This document shows, piece after piece, positions 26,536 to 39,900 of a DNA stretch of 64,000 nucleotides. A program made the position numbers and the translations under genes. The notes below the pieces were generated by a model, which saw only the letters and a list, made by a program, of their open reading frames with translations, ran no database searches and was not told where the DNA came from. The first letter of the stretch is position 1. Each line of letters begins with the position of its first letter. Source of the stretch: Octopus sinensis. Lineage: Eukaryota. Where the stretch lies: positions 134,230,001-134,294,000 of the forward strand of contig NC_042999.1 in the NCBI RefSeq assembly GCF_006345805.1. Direction: 5' to 3'.

Positions 26536-28181
26536 AATTTTTAATAAGCCTGCTGGCTATTTGCTACATCAGCGTGTGGAAAGATACTGACATTTTATGT
26601 ATCGTAGCAGCGAGAACTGACTTGCATGCTGTCACCCCGTTGCTTTCCACTGATGAGTTCCAGTAGTCCGAAATCACGTGATATGGAAATTCTAGTGTCC
26701 TTGACACAGGATTCTCCTTTGTAACGTCTGTGTTTTTATGCATCAAGCGCTGATATGAGACAATCTCTCAAGGCTGATAACGCAGTTTCGCTGTTCTAAC
26801 AAAGCATCGATATTTTGTTGGATATAAACATTATCTTTCGATAAATAAATGCATAGATGATACATTTATGAGAACGTTAAGAGAAGGATAAATAATGGTC
26901 CACATTTAAAATTATTTTACTTGTTCCACTCATAGAATTGCACCCAAGGTAGAGCACTATTTTGATGGTGTTAGTCGAGCAAATCGTCCATAGGATGTAT
27001 TCCTTTCAAGTTCGGTGCTTATTATATCCAACTCTTTTGCCGAAATGCTACGTTTCGGTGAGTAAAGAAATCAAAGCCCGTTGTCATAAAACCAAGTCAC
27101 TACATATAAGCACATACATGGACGTATACATACACACACGTGCGCAGGAACGCACGCACACACACACACATGCGCATGCACGCACACACGCGCGCGAGCA
27201 CACACACACGCATATATATATATATATATACATAAATGTCGAAGAATGAGACCGAGACTCAACACCGCATTGGTAGATAAAATTTCTTTACTTGTGCATT
27301 AAGGCTACCGTTGGTTTCATGTTAAGAAAACTATTTTAATATCTTAACACATTTTCAAGCCGATCACATGGCGGAATGGTCTTCATTGCTATTTTAGAGA
27401 CGAACCCAAAACCTCCCTTGATACAAATCGAACTTTACAGCAACACAACCATTACTACACCTAATTCGTAGCTCCAAATAGTTGGCAACTGTAAATGTAA
27501 CATACAGCAATATTTACCCTTACTTTGGCTTTCAACAGCTTATGAAGTCATAAGGGCGCCATCGTGACATACGTTTTATCACAGGTTTCTTAAATTTGGC
27601 GGAGCCCTTCCCTCTCTAAGTCTAATCGAAGTCGAATTCCTCCAGATAGAAAGAATGAGTGAGGCAGAACAAGCAACCCCAGTACCGAACTGACAATTTA
27701 TTTCTCAATGTTAAAAGGATGAAAGGCAATGTCGACCTAAGAAAGATTTTAAATTATGTCGTAGAGAGTCAGTGCAAATACCGCAAGACGTTCTAGCTAT
27801 GTTTAAACGACTCGAGCAATTTGCTGTCTACGGGGCAATATACTTGTACACTTTATATCACTAGTAAGAACGTCATCTGTCTAGTTAAAAGTCATGTACC
27901 AACTACATATATCTATCAATAAGAATATTATATGTTCTTTGAAATGGGTCGCTGCACTCCATCTCCGTCCCCCCGTTCTTCTCCTGCCCCCAATTGAGAT
28001 ACGTTTCTGTTTCGGTTCCCAAAATCCGCAATAAACACTCCGCTGAGTAATTTCTACTTACCCAGTGGCTGAAAGCACTCGATCATCACCACCCACATCT
28101 TTATTCAACTGTCAACCTACATTTGTTCAAGCGAAACATTGTAATTGTGTGTGTATGTATGTATGTATGTATGTATGTATG

Positions 28182-28246
<65 letters not shown>

Positions 28247-28671
28247 GTATGTATGTATGTATGTAGTATGTATGTATGTATGTATGTATGTATGTATTTA
28301 TGTATGTATATGTGTACGTATGTATACGCACAAGGAGAGAGGGAAAGAAAGAGCGAGATTGGGATCGGACGATCGTCGTAAACAAAGACCAGGTCGTACT
28401 TTATTTTTAAGCATGTTAATTCAACCAGAGCCGATAACAAATGCCGCTAGGCTTTTGTTTTCCTAATCTATCTCCAGGGAAAATTTCAATAAATGAAGAA
28501 TTTATCGCGCACCCATTAATTTGATGATACTAACTCATGTCATTAGTGCCTTCGAGTTATTTTTCATTTAGCTCATTTTAGTTTTAAGTATGGAAATTAC
28601 TTTGGGTAAGAAGGTAGTTAACGCATTCTGCATGTATTAAAAATATGTATAGTTTTGCATATATATTTTTT

Positions 28672-29080
28672 ATCTTTTACTTTTTACTTGTTTCAGTCAT
28701 TAGACTACGGCCATTCTGGGGTACCGCCCTGGAGAATTTTTAGTCGAAAGAATCGACTCCAGTACTTATATTTTGTTAGGACTGGTACTTATTCTATCAG
28801 TTCTATTTTGCCGAACCGCTAAGTTACGGGAACATAAACACACCAGCATCCGTTGTCATACAGGGGTGGGGGGCAAACACAGACACGAAGACACACTCAC
28901 ACACACACATTTATATATACATATATATATATATAAACATCGGGCTTCTTTCAGTTTCCGTCTACCAGATCCACTCACAAGGCATTGGTCGGTCCTAGAA
29001 AACACTTGTGCAATGTGCCACGTAGTGGGACTGAACCTGGAACCATGTGGTTGGGAAGCAAGCTTTTTACCACACAGCCC
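28672..29080 (-). mobile_element. SINE family A
   Basis: Near full-length reverse complement of reference copy. Confidence 0.85.
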
Positions 29081-29192
29081 GCAGATATTTCTTCAACAGT
29101 ACATTTATAGTATTCCATATATCTTTGTGATCCGCTTTCCCACGTAATTGTCTGCGTAAGTAATTACACACACACACACACACTCACTCACT

Positions 29193-29225
<33 letters not shown>

Positions 29226-29249
29226 TCACACACACTTGTGTATATATAA

Positions 29250-29700
29250 TGTCTGATGGAGAGAGTTAATATCTTAGGAGTAGATTTTACCAAATATTTG
29301 GTTGAGTTGGTCTCTTCAGGAAGGTTGTATCATAAGTTGCCTGAAGATCGTATGCATCGACATTGAAACTCAGAGTAGCAAGAGACCAACTCGACATTCT
29401 TCTTTCTCTTTTTTGTCCCTTCACCCCTTCGCTTTTTCTCTCTCTGTTGGTTTCTCTTCTCCTCTCCCTTGTTGTCTTTCTCCTCTACTTGCTGCTGTCA
29501 CGTGACCCGGGGCCAGCTTTCTCCCTTTCTCACACTGGTCTCGTAGCTGACCAGTCGTAAATTCTCTATCTTTCCATCCTTTAGAACATCTTCTAAACGT
29601 TACTTACTATTCTTGTCTTCTTGGCCCTAAGGCCTTATTTTGTTCGTCTGTTCGTCCTTGTCCACCATCCTAAATCACACAGTATTGATTTATTTTGTTT
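29250..29700 (+). mobile_element. Hammerhead-bearing element with pyrimidine-rich 3' part
   Basis: 29337-29381 TTGC-CTGAAGA-...-GAAA-CTCAGAG-TA-GCAA, enclosed by a 13-bp inverted repeat. Confidence 0.5.
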
Positions 29701-30580
29701 GCTCACGGCCTTGAATTCTCCAGAAAAAACTTTTCTTGCGGGTTCCGCCAATATGGGAAGACCTCGGTCTTATTATTAATGGTGCGAAACTGAATAATAC
29801 CAATTGGTTGAAGAATTGGGGAACTTCTGTGGTTGTCTCCCGTCCACACGACGCTGTTGGAAAGCAAGTTTAGAGAGAGTGCGGTGTAAGATTACGCGCC
29901 CTTCCCCTCCATTGGTCAGTTGAAGTTTAGACAGTGTCACGTGACAACTAGCTGGTGCTGGCTGCTGGAGCCTATCAGCGAGTATTTAAAGAGGAATTTG
30001 GTAGGATAGTTAGTCGCCCACTAACACTCATTGATGCTGCATCGAAGAGGGCAGGAAACAGAAGGAAAAGGAGAAAGAAGAAATGCACTCAACACCAGAG
30101 CTGAAGGCACCTCCGAAAGGTGGGAGGCGCCACGTCGAAAACGGTAGAGGAGTAGGGGCCAAAACCGGACATGGCTCCTCCTGATGATGTCTTTAGCCAC
30201 TGGATCCTATAAAAGAGCTGTTGAGGTAGCAAACCACGAAACGTGGTTTAATTCACCCGTTATATCGTCTGTTTATTTACCATACACAAGCACACACCCA
30301 CATATGTATATATGCGATGGTTTTTAAGCCAAGGTTAAATCTAGTTGTTTGTTAACGCACATGATATAAATAAGTGTGTGTGTGTATGTGTGTGTGTGTG
30401 GTGTGTGTGTATTTATATATTTGCTTGGAGCAATAAAATTATATTTGCTGAAGCTATGCTTTCGGAAGAAAATGAAATTTGACCAAAATGCAGCGCAGTA
30501 ATCGCACCCGGCACTTCATAATTGAGAAATAAAAATATTGCCCCCGCAGCTATGTTTACATCTGAAAACACACACGCACA

Positions 30581-30622
<42 letters not shown>

Positions 30623-31253
30623 TACACGCATACACACACACACTAACACACAAGAACATATTGATTGCACACAAATGCCCACGCATATACATATCTATTA
30701 CATATATATGAGAGCATATTAGCATATGTATATGTGTATATGCTTCGACGTGTGTTTGTGTATGTGTGTATGTATGTGTATGTGTGCGTGCTTGTGTGCG
30801 TGTGCATGTGTATAGCATTTAAATAAAAATACAGTGCGAGTGAGAGAGAGTGTGTGAGAGAGAAAGAAGACAGATTCCTACAATTGTTTCTGCGGTAGCA
30901 TTTGCTGTCGTTAGTCACTTTAGCTGTCGGCCATAGAATATAATACACATTCGATCAAGTTATCTTGCAATGATTTTTCATTCTATAGCTTTGTTATTTA
31001 TAACTTGTTTTCCCCGTTTTTTAAAGTTACAATACCCTTAAGAAAACTGTACGTGCATAGTGATAGCTGCCAGCACCTAAACTCAGCAAAAGCTACACCT
31101 GAGAGAAAGCGGCACAGAAGAAACATTATCTGGACAGCTGCTCCATGTTCACGACGAGAAGCCGTTATCTCTCTCTCTATATATATATATACATATACAT
31201 ATATATATATATATGTGTATATATATATATTATATATATATTATATATATATC

Positions 31254-31298
<45 letters not shown>

Positions 31299-31393
31299 CA
31301 TGCGCGTGGGCGCGTGTGTTTATATATGTATCTATGTATACATATATATGTCTATAAAGCTTAATATCGATATTTTAGGCAAACACTTCAAAT

Positions 31394-31397
<4 letters not shown>

Positions 31398-31465
<68 letters not shown>
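31398..31465. repeat. (AAT)n microsatellite
   Basis: Directly visible. Confidence 0.95.
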
Positions 31466-31467
<2 letters not shown>

Positions 31468-33366
31468 GACGTTGATGATGGTTGCTGATTGACTAGATGC
31501 AAGCATTAAGTGCAAAACGCCATGCTATGCTTGTGTCACTCACTGCCTTCCATTTCGCCATTCCATATGGTACATACAAATACATGTGCGTGTGTGTATG
31601 ACAGCGTTTATATATATATACATACACAAACACACAGAAACACATATGTGAACAAATTTATACATGTATATGCATACGTATATACGCATATAAGTATAAT
31701 ATTTATGTGTATATATGTGTGTGAGTGAGCGCGTGTGTACATGTATATTTTCATGCGTACCACTGTGTATAAATAAAATTAAGAAGAAAAAAAATTGAAA
31801 TAGAAACATTTTTAAAATAGTATAGTTCCTTGCATAATATATATATAAAAAAATATGAATAACAAATCCATCTCTGAACCACTTCGACCAGATAGTATAC
31901 AGTTGGTGTCGGAGTATCGTGTAACCCGCCTGACAGCTAGTCCACAGTTCCTAAAATGGTAGCAAATGGAGCTCTATAATGTTGAAATGGAGTGGAACAA
32001 ACAACTTGGTTAATGTACTTTTAGGTTTGCTCTTTTCGAACAAACTATCATTATATCTTTCCACCTTTCAACAAGTTGCGAAAATCTCACTTACCTGATA
32101 TTTGTTCTTTTTTTTTTTCTCGCACATTTTTTTTGAGATACCTTTTGTTTTGTTTTTTTTTTCCTCACTCCTATTTTTAAAAAAATCTGTTTCATCTTTT
32201 AGGTTTTTTTCCCCTTTTCTCTGATAGTTCGTTTGACTGTAGTGTCTATTTTGTAAGAATGATATTGCGTATATATGTATTTGTATGTATGTGTGTATGT
32301 ATGTATGTACGTATGTATGTATGTATGTATGTATGTGTGTATGTATGTATGTATGTGTGTATGTATGTATGTATGTATATATCCACGTATACATAAAAGA
32401 GGGAAATACATGCGTAAATACATATACAAATATATCTTCACATACGTATATGAATATAAATACACAAAAACATGCATACATGTATGTATATATATATATG
32501 TGTACACACACACATATGCATGCATATAAATGCATATATCTATGAAGGCATGCAGCATGTATGCTTATAGACAGGTAAGGATGTGTTCATACATATTATG
32601 TATTTTAAAGTTACCTAACGACATGATGTTCAAACGTTACTTGTCACTCAAAGAATATTGGATTTTTCCACAAGATTCCATCACCTTGGAATTGACATAA
32701 CTTTTCTTTTATCCCCTACCCCTCACCTCACTACATACATGCACTCACACACATATTAATATACATACATACATACATACATACTACATACATACATACA
32801 TACATACATACATACATACATACATACATAAATACATACATACATACATATATACATACATACATACATACAAGCATGCATACATATATGCATGTATACA
32901 TGAATATGTACATTTCACAGCTCTTAAGTACTGTAAATGTCGTTTTATCTATACATTGGTACATTTTGCCGCCATTCTCACTCTTGCTACTGTATTGCTT
33001 CACTTCATGCTCAAATATCTGAACTGCGTCTTCTAAACCTGTCTATCGAATAATAGATTTCAACCACATTCCCAATGGTTCTGCCTTCTCGTCACATACA
33101 TCTACTCAACACAGTGAAGTTTTGAAATGTATCTCAAACAAGAATCAACTATGGCATTGGCATTTGATAGTGTGGTCGTCTCTCTCTGTGTTCGGAGTGG
33201 GAGAATGAATAAAGGATCCCATGAGCACCCCATCACACACACACATACACACACACACACACACCACACACACACACGCACGCACGCACACATATAGACA
33301 CGCACACACACACATACATATATACACAGGGAGAGAGACAGAGAGAGAGAGACACACAGGTAGATC

Positions 33367-33426
<60 letters not shown>

Positions 33427-33507
33427 CAGACAGACATATGTACATAAATGTGTGTGCGAGTATGTGTGTGTGTGCGTGTGTGTGTGTGCCTGTGTGTATT
33501 TTATACA

Positions 33508-33665
33508 CAGGCAAGACAGTGTAGTTAAGAAGCTTGCTTCACAACCACGCGCTTTGTGGTTCAGTCCCACAGTGCGGTACCTAGGGACAGTACCTTCTTC
33601 TATAACCCCAGGCCGAGAAATGTCTTTCGAGTGAATTTGGCAGACGAAAGCTGTGTGGAAGCCCA
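33508..33665 (+). mobile_element. SINE family A, decayed 5' half
   Basis: AAGAAGCTTGCTTC..GGTTCAGTCCCAC..TCTTCTATA..GATTTGG-like blocks. Confidence 0.65.
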
Positions 33666-33722
33666 CTCCTCATGTGTGCGTATACATACATACATACATA
33701 CATACATACATACATACATACA

Positions 33723-33756
<34 letters not shown>

Positions 33757-34227
33757 GATATATATAGATATATATATATGCAAATATATATATACATATA
33801 TATACATTTACATATATATTTGTATAAGTATAAATGTATGCGTCAGTCTAGAACGATAGTTCGATAGCAAAAATGAGCAAAGAAGGATACCTCAGAGTAC
33901 TCATATGCATGATCTAGGAAGACAACAAAGATAGTCATTCATTGAATACCATAAAAAAAGTTGACTTTCAGTGCTTAGATTTCAAACATTTGCAGTGAAA
34001 CTTTCATTCCCAGTATAGATGAGGTTGCATTTAATTCTATAAGGGATTCAATAAAATATGTACCAGTGTGTAGTCTTGGAGTTGAGATAGCCAACTGTTC
34101 TACGGCAGAATTCGTGTGCTTATTCTTCAACTGGAAATTATTTGGTATTTCTTAAATATTCCTAGAAAGGGAAAAACAATTTATGACGTGCACTTTTCTG
34201 AAGACCCATGATCAACACACACAATCA

Positions 34228-34350
34228 GACCATGCTGGAACATCACCTTTACTCGAGCCAATCGACCCCAGGACTTATTCTTTGTAAGCCTAGTACTTAT
34301 TCTATCGGTTTCATTTGCCGAACAGCTAAGTTACGGGGACGTAAACACAC
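34228..34350 (-). mobile_element. SINE family A 3' fragment
   Basis: Nearly identical to 35700-35820. Confidence 0.8.
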
Positions 34351-34448
34351 ATACACTAACACATACGCTCTCACAATTATATACAAATGTCGATAAGATC
34401 CAAGCATCTATGTTATCTGCCGAGCCCCCATGTTCTAATTTAGAATTT

Positions 34449-34623
34449 AGAAGGAGGAAGGAGGAGGAGGGGGGAGAAAAGAAGAAGACGAAGACGAAGA
34501 CGAAGAAGAAGCAGAAGAAAAAGAAGAAGAAGAAGAAGAAGAAGAAGAAGAAGAAGAAGAAGAAGAAGAAGAAGAAGAAGAAGAAGAAGAAGAAGAAGAA
34601 GAAGAAGAAGAAGAAGAAGAAGA
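34449..34623. repeat. (AAG)n polypurine tract
   Basis: Directly visible. Explains the poly-K/F/L ORFs. Confidence 0.95.
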
Positions 34624-35679
34624 TCAAATAAATAGTGAAGGGTGTTTATTGGCAAAAGATGACCATCCCCAAATATTACTACAATTACTTGTCTTTCACA
34701 TCCGGTCGCATCATAACCGTAGCATAACTAGTTTGTTGAATTAAATCTGTGTTTATTGAGCATGTTTTGTCGCTTACGTTAGTAAGAGGTTTGGTTGATG
34801 TCACATGAATCTCAGCTTAAAATCAAGCGGTCAAGGTTTAGAGAAAATATTTGAACACAGAAAGAATGAACTCTGATAAAACACTCAAAGAAAAAGGCGA
34901 TGATGCAAAAACAACTGAAAGCAAAGAAGAAAGCACAGCAACGAGACAGTTCAGGTGAAACTACAATAAACAGGTTTAAACATAAAGATAGGGCTCGAAT
35001 CAATAGGATGAAGTATTAACTGAATCTTAGTAAAAGTATCAGTCGATATATATTAAATTAACAAGGTCAGCCATGAATAAATATATAGCGCTAACTTATA
35101 TAACACAGTGACTTCGTAAAATATTTGATATAAATATTTGCAATTCGGGAATTTACATCTTTAATAAACAATGAAATTTTATTAGATTTATGTCACGAAA
35201 TTGGTTAAACATTACAGAATAAAGAAGACTCAAATATACTTACATATATACATATATAAACAAACAAACAAACAAACAAACAAACACAGGAAGACTTGTG
35301 TATGCGCGCGCATGTTTATAAACTGTGGTTATATTAGCATCAGCTTTAGAGATTTAAAAAACTTCTGTGAATACTTACATCTACATTATATTTCAGTCAG
35401 CTTATCCCTTCATCTCATGTACAGAAAACTGTAGGAAAGAATCTTTATGCTTAAAATAAGTGCAGGAACTCTCTTAACACTAAACCAATTAATACATATA
35501 CAATGAATCTTTCGATATTAGTGTATTTGCGTTTACTTTTCAGGAAAATCAGCTATATTCTGGTGCTATCAGTACTAAACTTACTGATTGGCTTTTCTAC
35601 AAGTGCTATATGTAGTACTCCTTTCATTTTCACTAATTATGATAATTCTTCTCCATAATAATATATAGATCTTTTTCTT

Positions 35680-36098
35680 GCGTCAAACATTTGACTACGG
35701 CCATGCTGGAACATCACCATTACTCGAGCCAATCGACCCCTGGACTTATTCTTTGTAAGCCTAGTACTTATTCTATCGGTTTCATTTGCCGTACCGCTAA
35801 GTTATGGGGACGTAAACACACCAGCATTGGTTGTCAAGCGATGTTGGGGGACAAGCACAGACACACAAACATATACACGCATACACGCATGTATATATAT
35901 ACACACACACACACATGTATATATATATACATACGACAGGTTTCTTTCAGTTTCCGTTTACCAAATCCACTCACAAGGCTCTGGTCGACCCGAGGCTATA
36001 GTAGAAGACACTTGCCCAAGGTGCCGCGCAGTGGGACTGAACCCGGAACCATGTGATTGGTAAGCAAGCTACTTACCACACAGCCACTCCTGCGCCTA
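35680..36098 (-). mobile_element. SINE family A, near full length
   Basis: Reverse complement of reference copy. Confidence 0.9.
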
Positions 36099-36786
36099 CA
36101 TATATGTGTGTATGTATGTATGCATATATATACGCATGTTCATCATCATCGTCATAGTCGTCGTCATCGTCTTCGTCATCACCACTACCAATATGGCCAC
36201 CATTGCCGTCGCCACCACTACCATCGTATTTTAAAGATATAATTTTCCATGTTGGCATGGATAGCACTTACCGTTATAATTCGTTTGTCTCGCCAAAAAT
36301 TCTGACATCCAAAGTTATATTCTTCCTTCGTTTTTCTCTGTCATGTGTACCCTTTACGAAGACAAAGAATAAAATGTAATTCTTCACTGTTGGAGAGAGA
36401 TTGTTTACCTGGAGGATGTAGATGCCTCTCCTACGGACATAGGGTAAGTACCGAATTGGTAACGAAGCTATAGCTATTGTAATTAGACAACGAGGCTTTT
36501 ATCAATAGCTACGTTCATTGATAGAAAACATCAATCTCTCTAAATGAAGCTGACATTTACTATATTGCAAAACGGATTGTTAAATAAATAGCAGATACAG
36601 TTTTAGATAACATGCTATGTATTTAGCAGTCATGCGCGTGATTACATGTTGGTGTACATGTATGTCTATCTTTACACATACACACACATACACACACACA
36701 CACATGCGTGTGCACACACTCACATGCATGCGCACACACACAAACATGCATATACGCGTGCGTGTTTATACACGTGTTCATGTGCG

Positions 36787-36817
<31 letters not shown>

Positions 36818-36969
36818 GCATATATGTATACACTCATATGTATGTAGATATGTATATATATGTGTATATATGCATGTATGTATGTGTGTATGTGTGTATG
36901 TATTATGTGTATAGTATATATATGTGGCATATATATGAAATATAAACATGTATATCTATATACATATTT

Positions 36970-37130
36970 GCGACGGGCTTCTTTCATTTCTCGTCTACCA
37001 AACCCACTCACAGGCCTTGGTTGGCCCGAGGCTATAGTAGAAACACTTGCCCAAGATGCCACGCAGTGGGACTGAACCCGGAACCATGTGTTTGGTAAGC
37101 AGCTACTTACCACACAGCCACTCCTGCGCC

Positions 37131-37132
<2 letters not shown>
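36970..37132 (-). mobile_element. SINE family A, 5' half
   Basis: Head plus first body block. Confidence 0.85.
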
Positions 37133-37214
<82 letters not shown>

Positions 37215-37501
37215 GAGTATTTATTTTGAAAGAGCCAATTATGATTCAAAAGCTCTGAGGAATTACAGTGCAGAATATTATCATCTAAATTATCAACCAA
37301 TAAGATAAATACTCATAAATTTCATGCGCTGACTGTTTCTCCTATTCTGACAGCATACACCTGCCCTATTATACATACATACATACATTTATATATATAA
37401 TGCTTCGTATATCTGTGTCTATATACAATATTACTAATTATGCATACATGTGAATATATTATTTCGTACGCATATACACACACGAACACACAAACACAGA
37501 C

Positions 37502-37532
<31 letters not shown>

Positions 37533-37534
37533 CA

Positions 37535-37567
<33 letters not shown>

Positions 37568-38730
37568 CATATACATATTCCGTTTTCCTCTATAAGAGTC
37601 CCGTTATTCATTGTTATCTTTCTAATACACACCTAAATAAGTTGAGAGACAGCCGAGAATACTAATGGTCCAATCCAGTATATCACCCCCACACGATACT
37701 TGGATAAACTGGAGTTTTACTCTCTCACTTTGCTAGACGTTATATTACTACTATTTCGATGCGAATGCTACTGTGTTTTTAGTTGTATTTTCAACAGCAT
37801 TCTCGTTCTACATTTGCAGATCATTGATCAGCCATTGGTTTGATGGATGAGAGGTAATTTAAGCTGTTAGTGAAGTCATCTGGTCCGAGGCATTTACAGA
37901 CGGCCTATCAGTGTGCCACCGACACGAATGGCCACACTCTATGGGCTTATGTCGCGTCCTGTAGATGTGTCGGCCATTACAAATACATCATAAGCCGTTG
38001 CTGTCAAATACGATACGTTTCTGTTTGATTTACGATGCTACGTAAAGCTCGTCTGTTTTATTAACATTTCTGACAGTTGGTGGGGTTTTTCAGGCGGAAG
38101 TGATGTCATGATAAGCCTGAAAGAGCCAAGTGAATAAAATGGAAGACGCATTCGTATCAATGTTTTGCAAAATTGACGTAATATTGATTGTTGATAGACG
38201 GTTTTCCAGTTGATGTGTTGCTTTAAATGGAAGAAGTTTTCTATCGAGTAACGCCAGAAGAATATAAACAACCAATTAGCATTGAAGGAAAAACATCAGC
38301 CTGTTATTTGTTTTCTTTGTAAAATCATCAATGTGGAAAAGTTCTACTAAATTAAAATTATGGAAGAGAGAATTATTAGTAATAAAACCTGTGGGTTGTG
38401 TTTATATTTCACGAATTATCTTCCATAATATTGACAAAATTTATACTCATAAAAATGGCTACTTGTCACTTTTAACCACATACATCTTTTATATATACAT
38501 AAATGTCAATTTGCAAACTAGTGTTGAAACGGTAACTATTTTAATCTTGCTGTGGAAACAATAGGTGTTAGTAGTCTGGTTTAGAGCCAGTAGCAAGTAC
38601 TGAGAGACTGGATTTATTTGATACAATATACTTTCGGTCCTTTTGTCTAGGGTCAACAGTATATCGCAGCTGCTTCAATCAAAGGTGCTTGCTTTATAAA
38701 GAACGATTACATTTAATCGTCCTTAATGTT

Positions 38731-38762
<32 letters not shown>

Positions 38763-38792
38763 TATACAGAAACATACTTCTGATAGAAGTAT

Positions 38793-39115
38793 TTTTTCTT
38801 TTTTTCTTTTTTCGCCCTTTTCAAGCCTAGCCAGGCTTATGGGGCCAGTTTCCAGGTTTCTGTGGCGTATGTGTTCCCCCCAGCTGGACGGGACGCCAGT
38901 CCATCGCAGCGTTACTCAAGAAACAAGAAGAGAGAGTGAGAGAAAGTTGTGGCGAATGAGTACAACAGTGGTCACCACCACATCCTGCCGGAGCCTCGTG
39001 GAGCTTTTAGTTATTTTCGCTCAATAAACACACATAATGCCCGGTCTGAGAATCGAAACCGCGATCCTCCGACCGCGAGTCCGCTGCCCTAACCACTGAG
39101 CCATTGCGCCTTCAC
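38793..39115 (-). mobile_element. SINE family C, tail type 1, with TSD
   Basis: Homologous to 25987-26293. Perfect 11-bp TSD GATAGAAGTAT (38782-38792 / 39116-39126). Confidence 0.9.
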
Positions 39116-39666
39116 GATAGAAGTATATTAGGGCCTAATTATAGATGTTCTATGTCTTCAAAGTCCTTACGTTCTTATAAATATACATCTTTCTAGCTGT
39201 CGTCTCATTCATTTAATTGCACCATTTGGATTTCACAGTAGTGCGACTAACCCTTGTACTTATTCTTCGCAATTAGAATGGACGAACGGATTGGCAAGCT
39301 TCTGTGTCGGCCACTCGACCTGCTAGAAATAACTACCAAATCTCTTTTATCTCACAACCATACCCCTTTTAAAAGGACACACTAAAGAATGTTGCTTTGG
39401 GATACACCATTCCACTCGATAAAATAGTGTGGCTATAGTTCTGTCAGCTCCATCAGCGCTGACTTGTTGGTTAAACAACAACTAAAACACTGAGATACGA
39501 CGTAGAATCAAATCGTTAATATGGAATTGGCAGTCCAGAAACCCTATCTATACAGCTATTCAGTGTAGATATTATTGAAAAAATTAATGTGAGATATTTT
39601 AATGTTTTATTACAGTGTTTTTCAATCATTTCAACTTGTTGATGCATTAAAGATGAGATAAGGTAT

Positions 39667-39900
39667 ATATTTCTTTACTACCCACAAGGGGCTAAACATA
39701 GAAGGGACAAACAAAGACATACATAGGTATTAAGCCGATTACATCGCCCCCAGTGCGCAACTGGTACTTAATTTATCGATCCCGAAAGGATGAAAGGCAA
39801 AGTCGACCTCGGCGGAATTTGAACTCAGAACGTAACAACAGACGAAATACTGCTAAGCATTTCGCCCGGCGCGCTAACATGTCTGCCAGCTCGTCGCCTT
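39667..39900 (-). mobile_element. SINE family B, tail type 2 (Tx1-like tail), with TSD
   Basis: Full length. 16-bp TSD AGATGAGATAAGGTAT (39651-39666) / AGATGCGATAAGGTAT (39901-39916). Tail ..TAGCCCCTTGTGGGTAGTAAAGAAA. Confidence 0.9.

Noticed and set aside
34331-34655. Poly-Lys/Phe/Leu ORFs
   Set aside because: (AAG)n microsatellite.
37840-38280. Unique-looking block with 61-77 aa ORFs
   Set aside because: No recognisable motif or splice signals; possibly old transposon debris.
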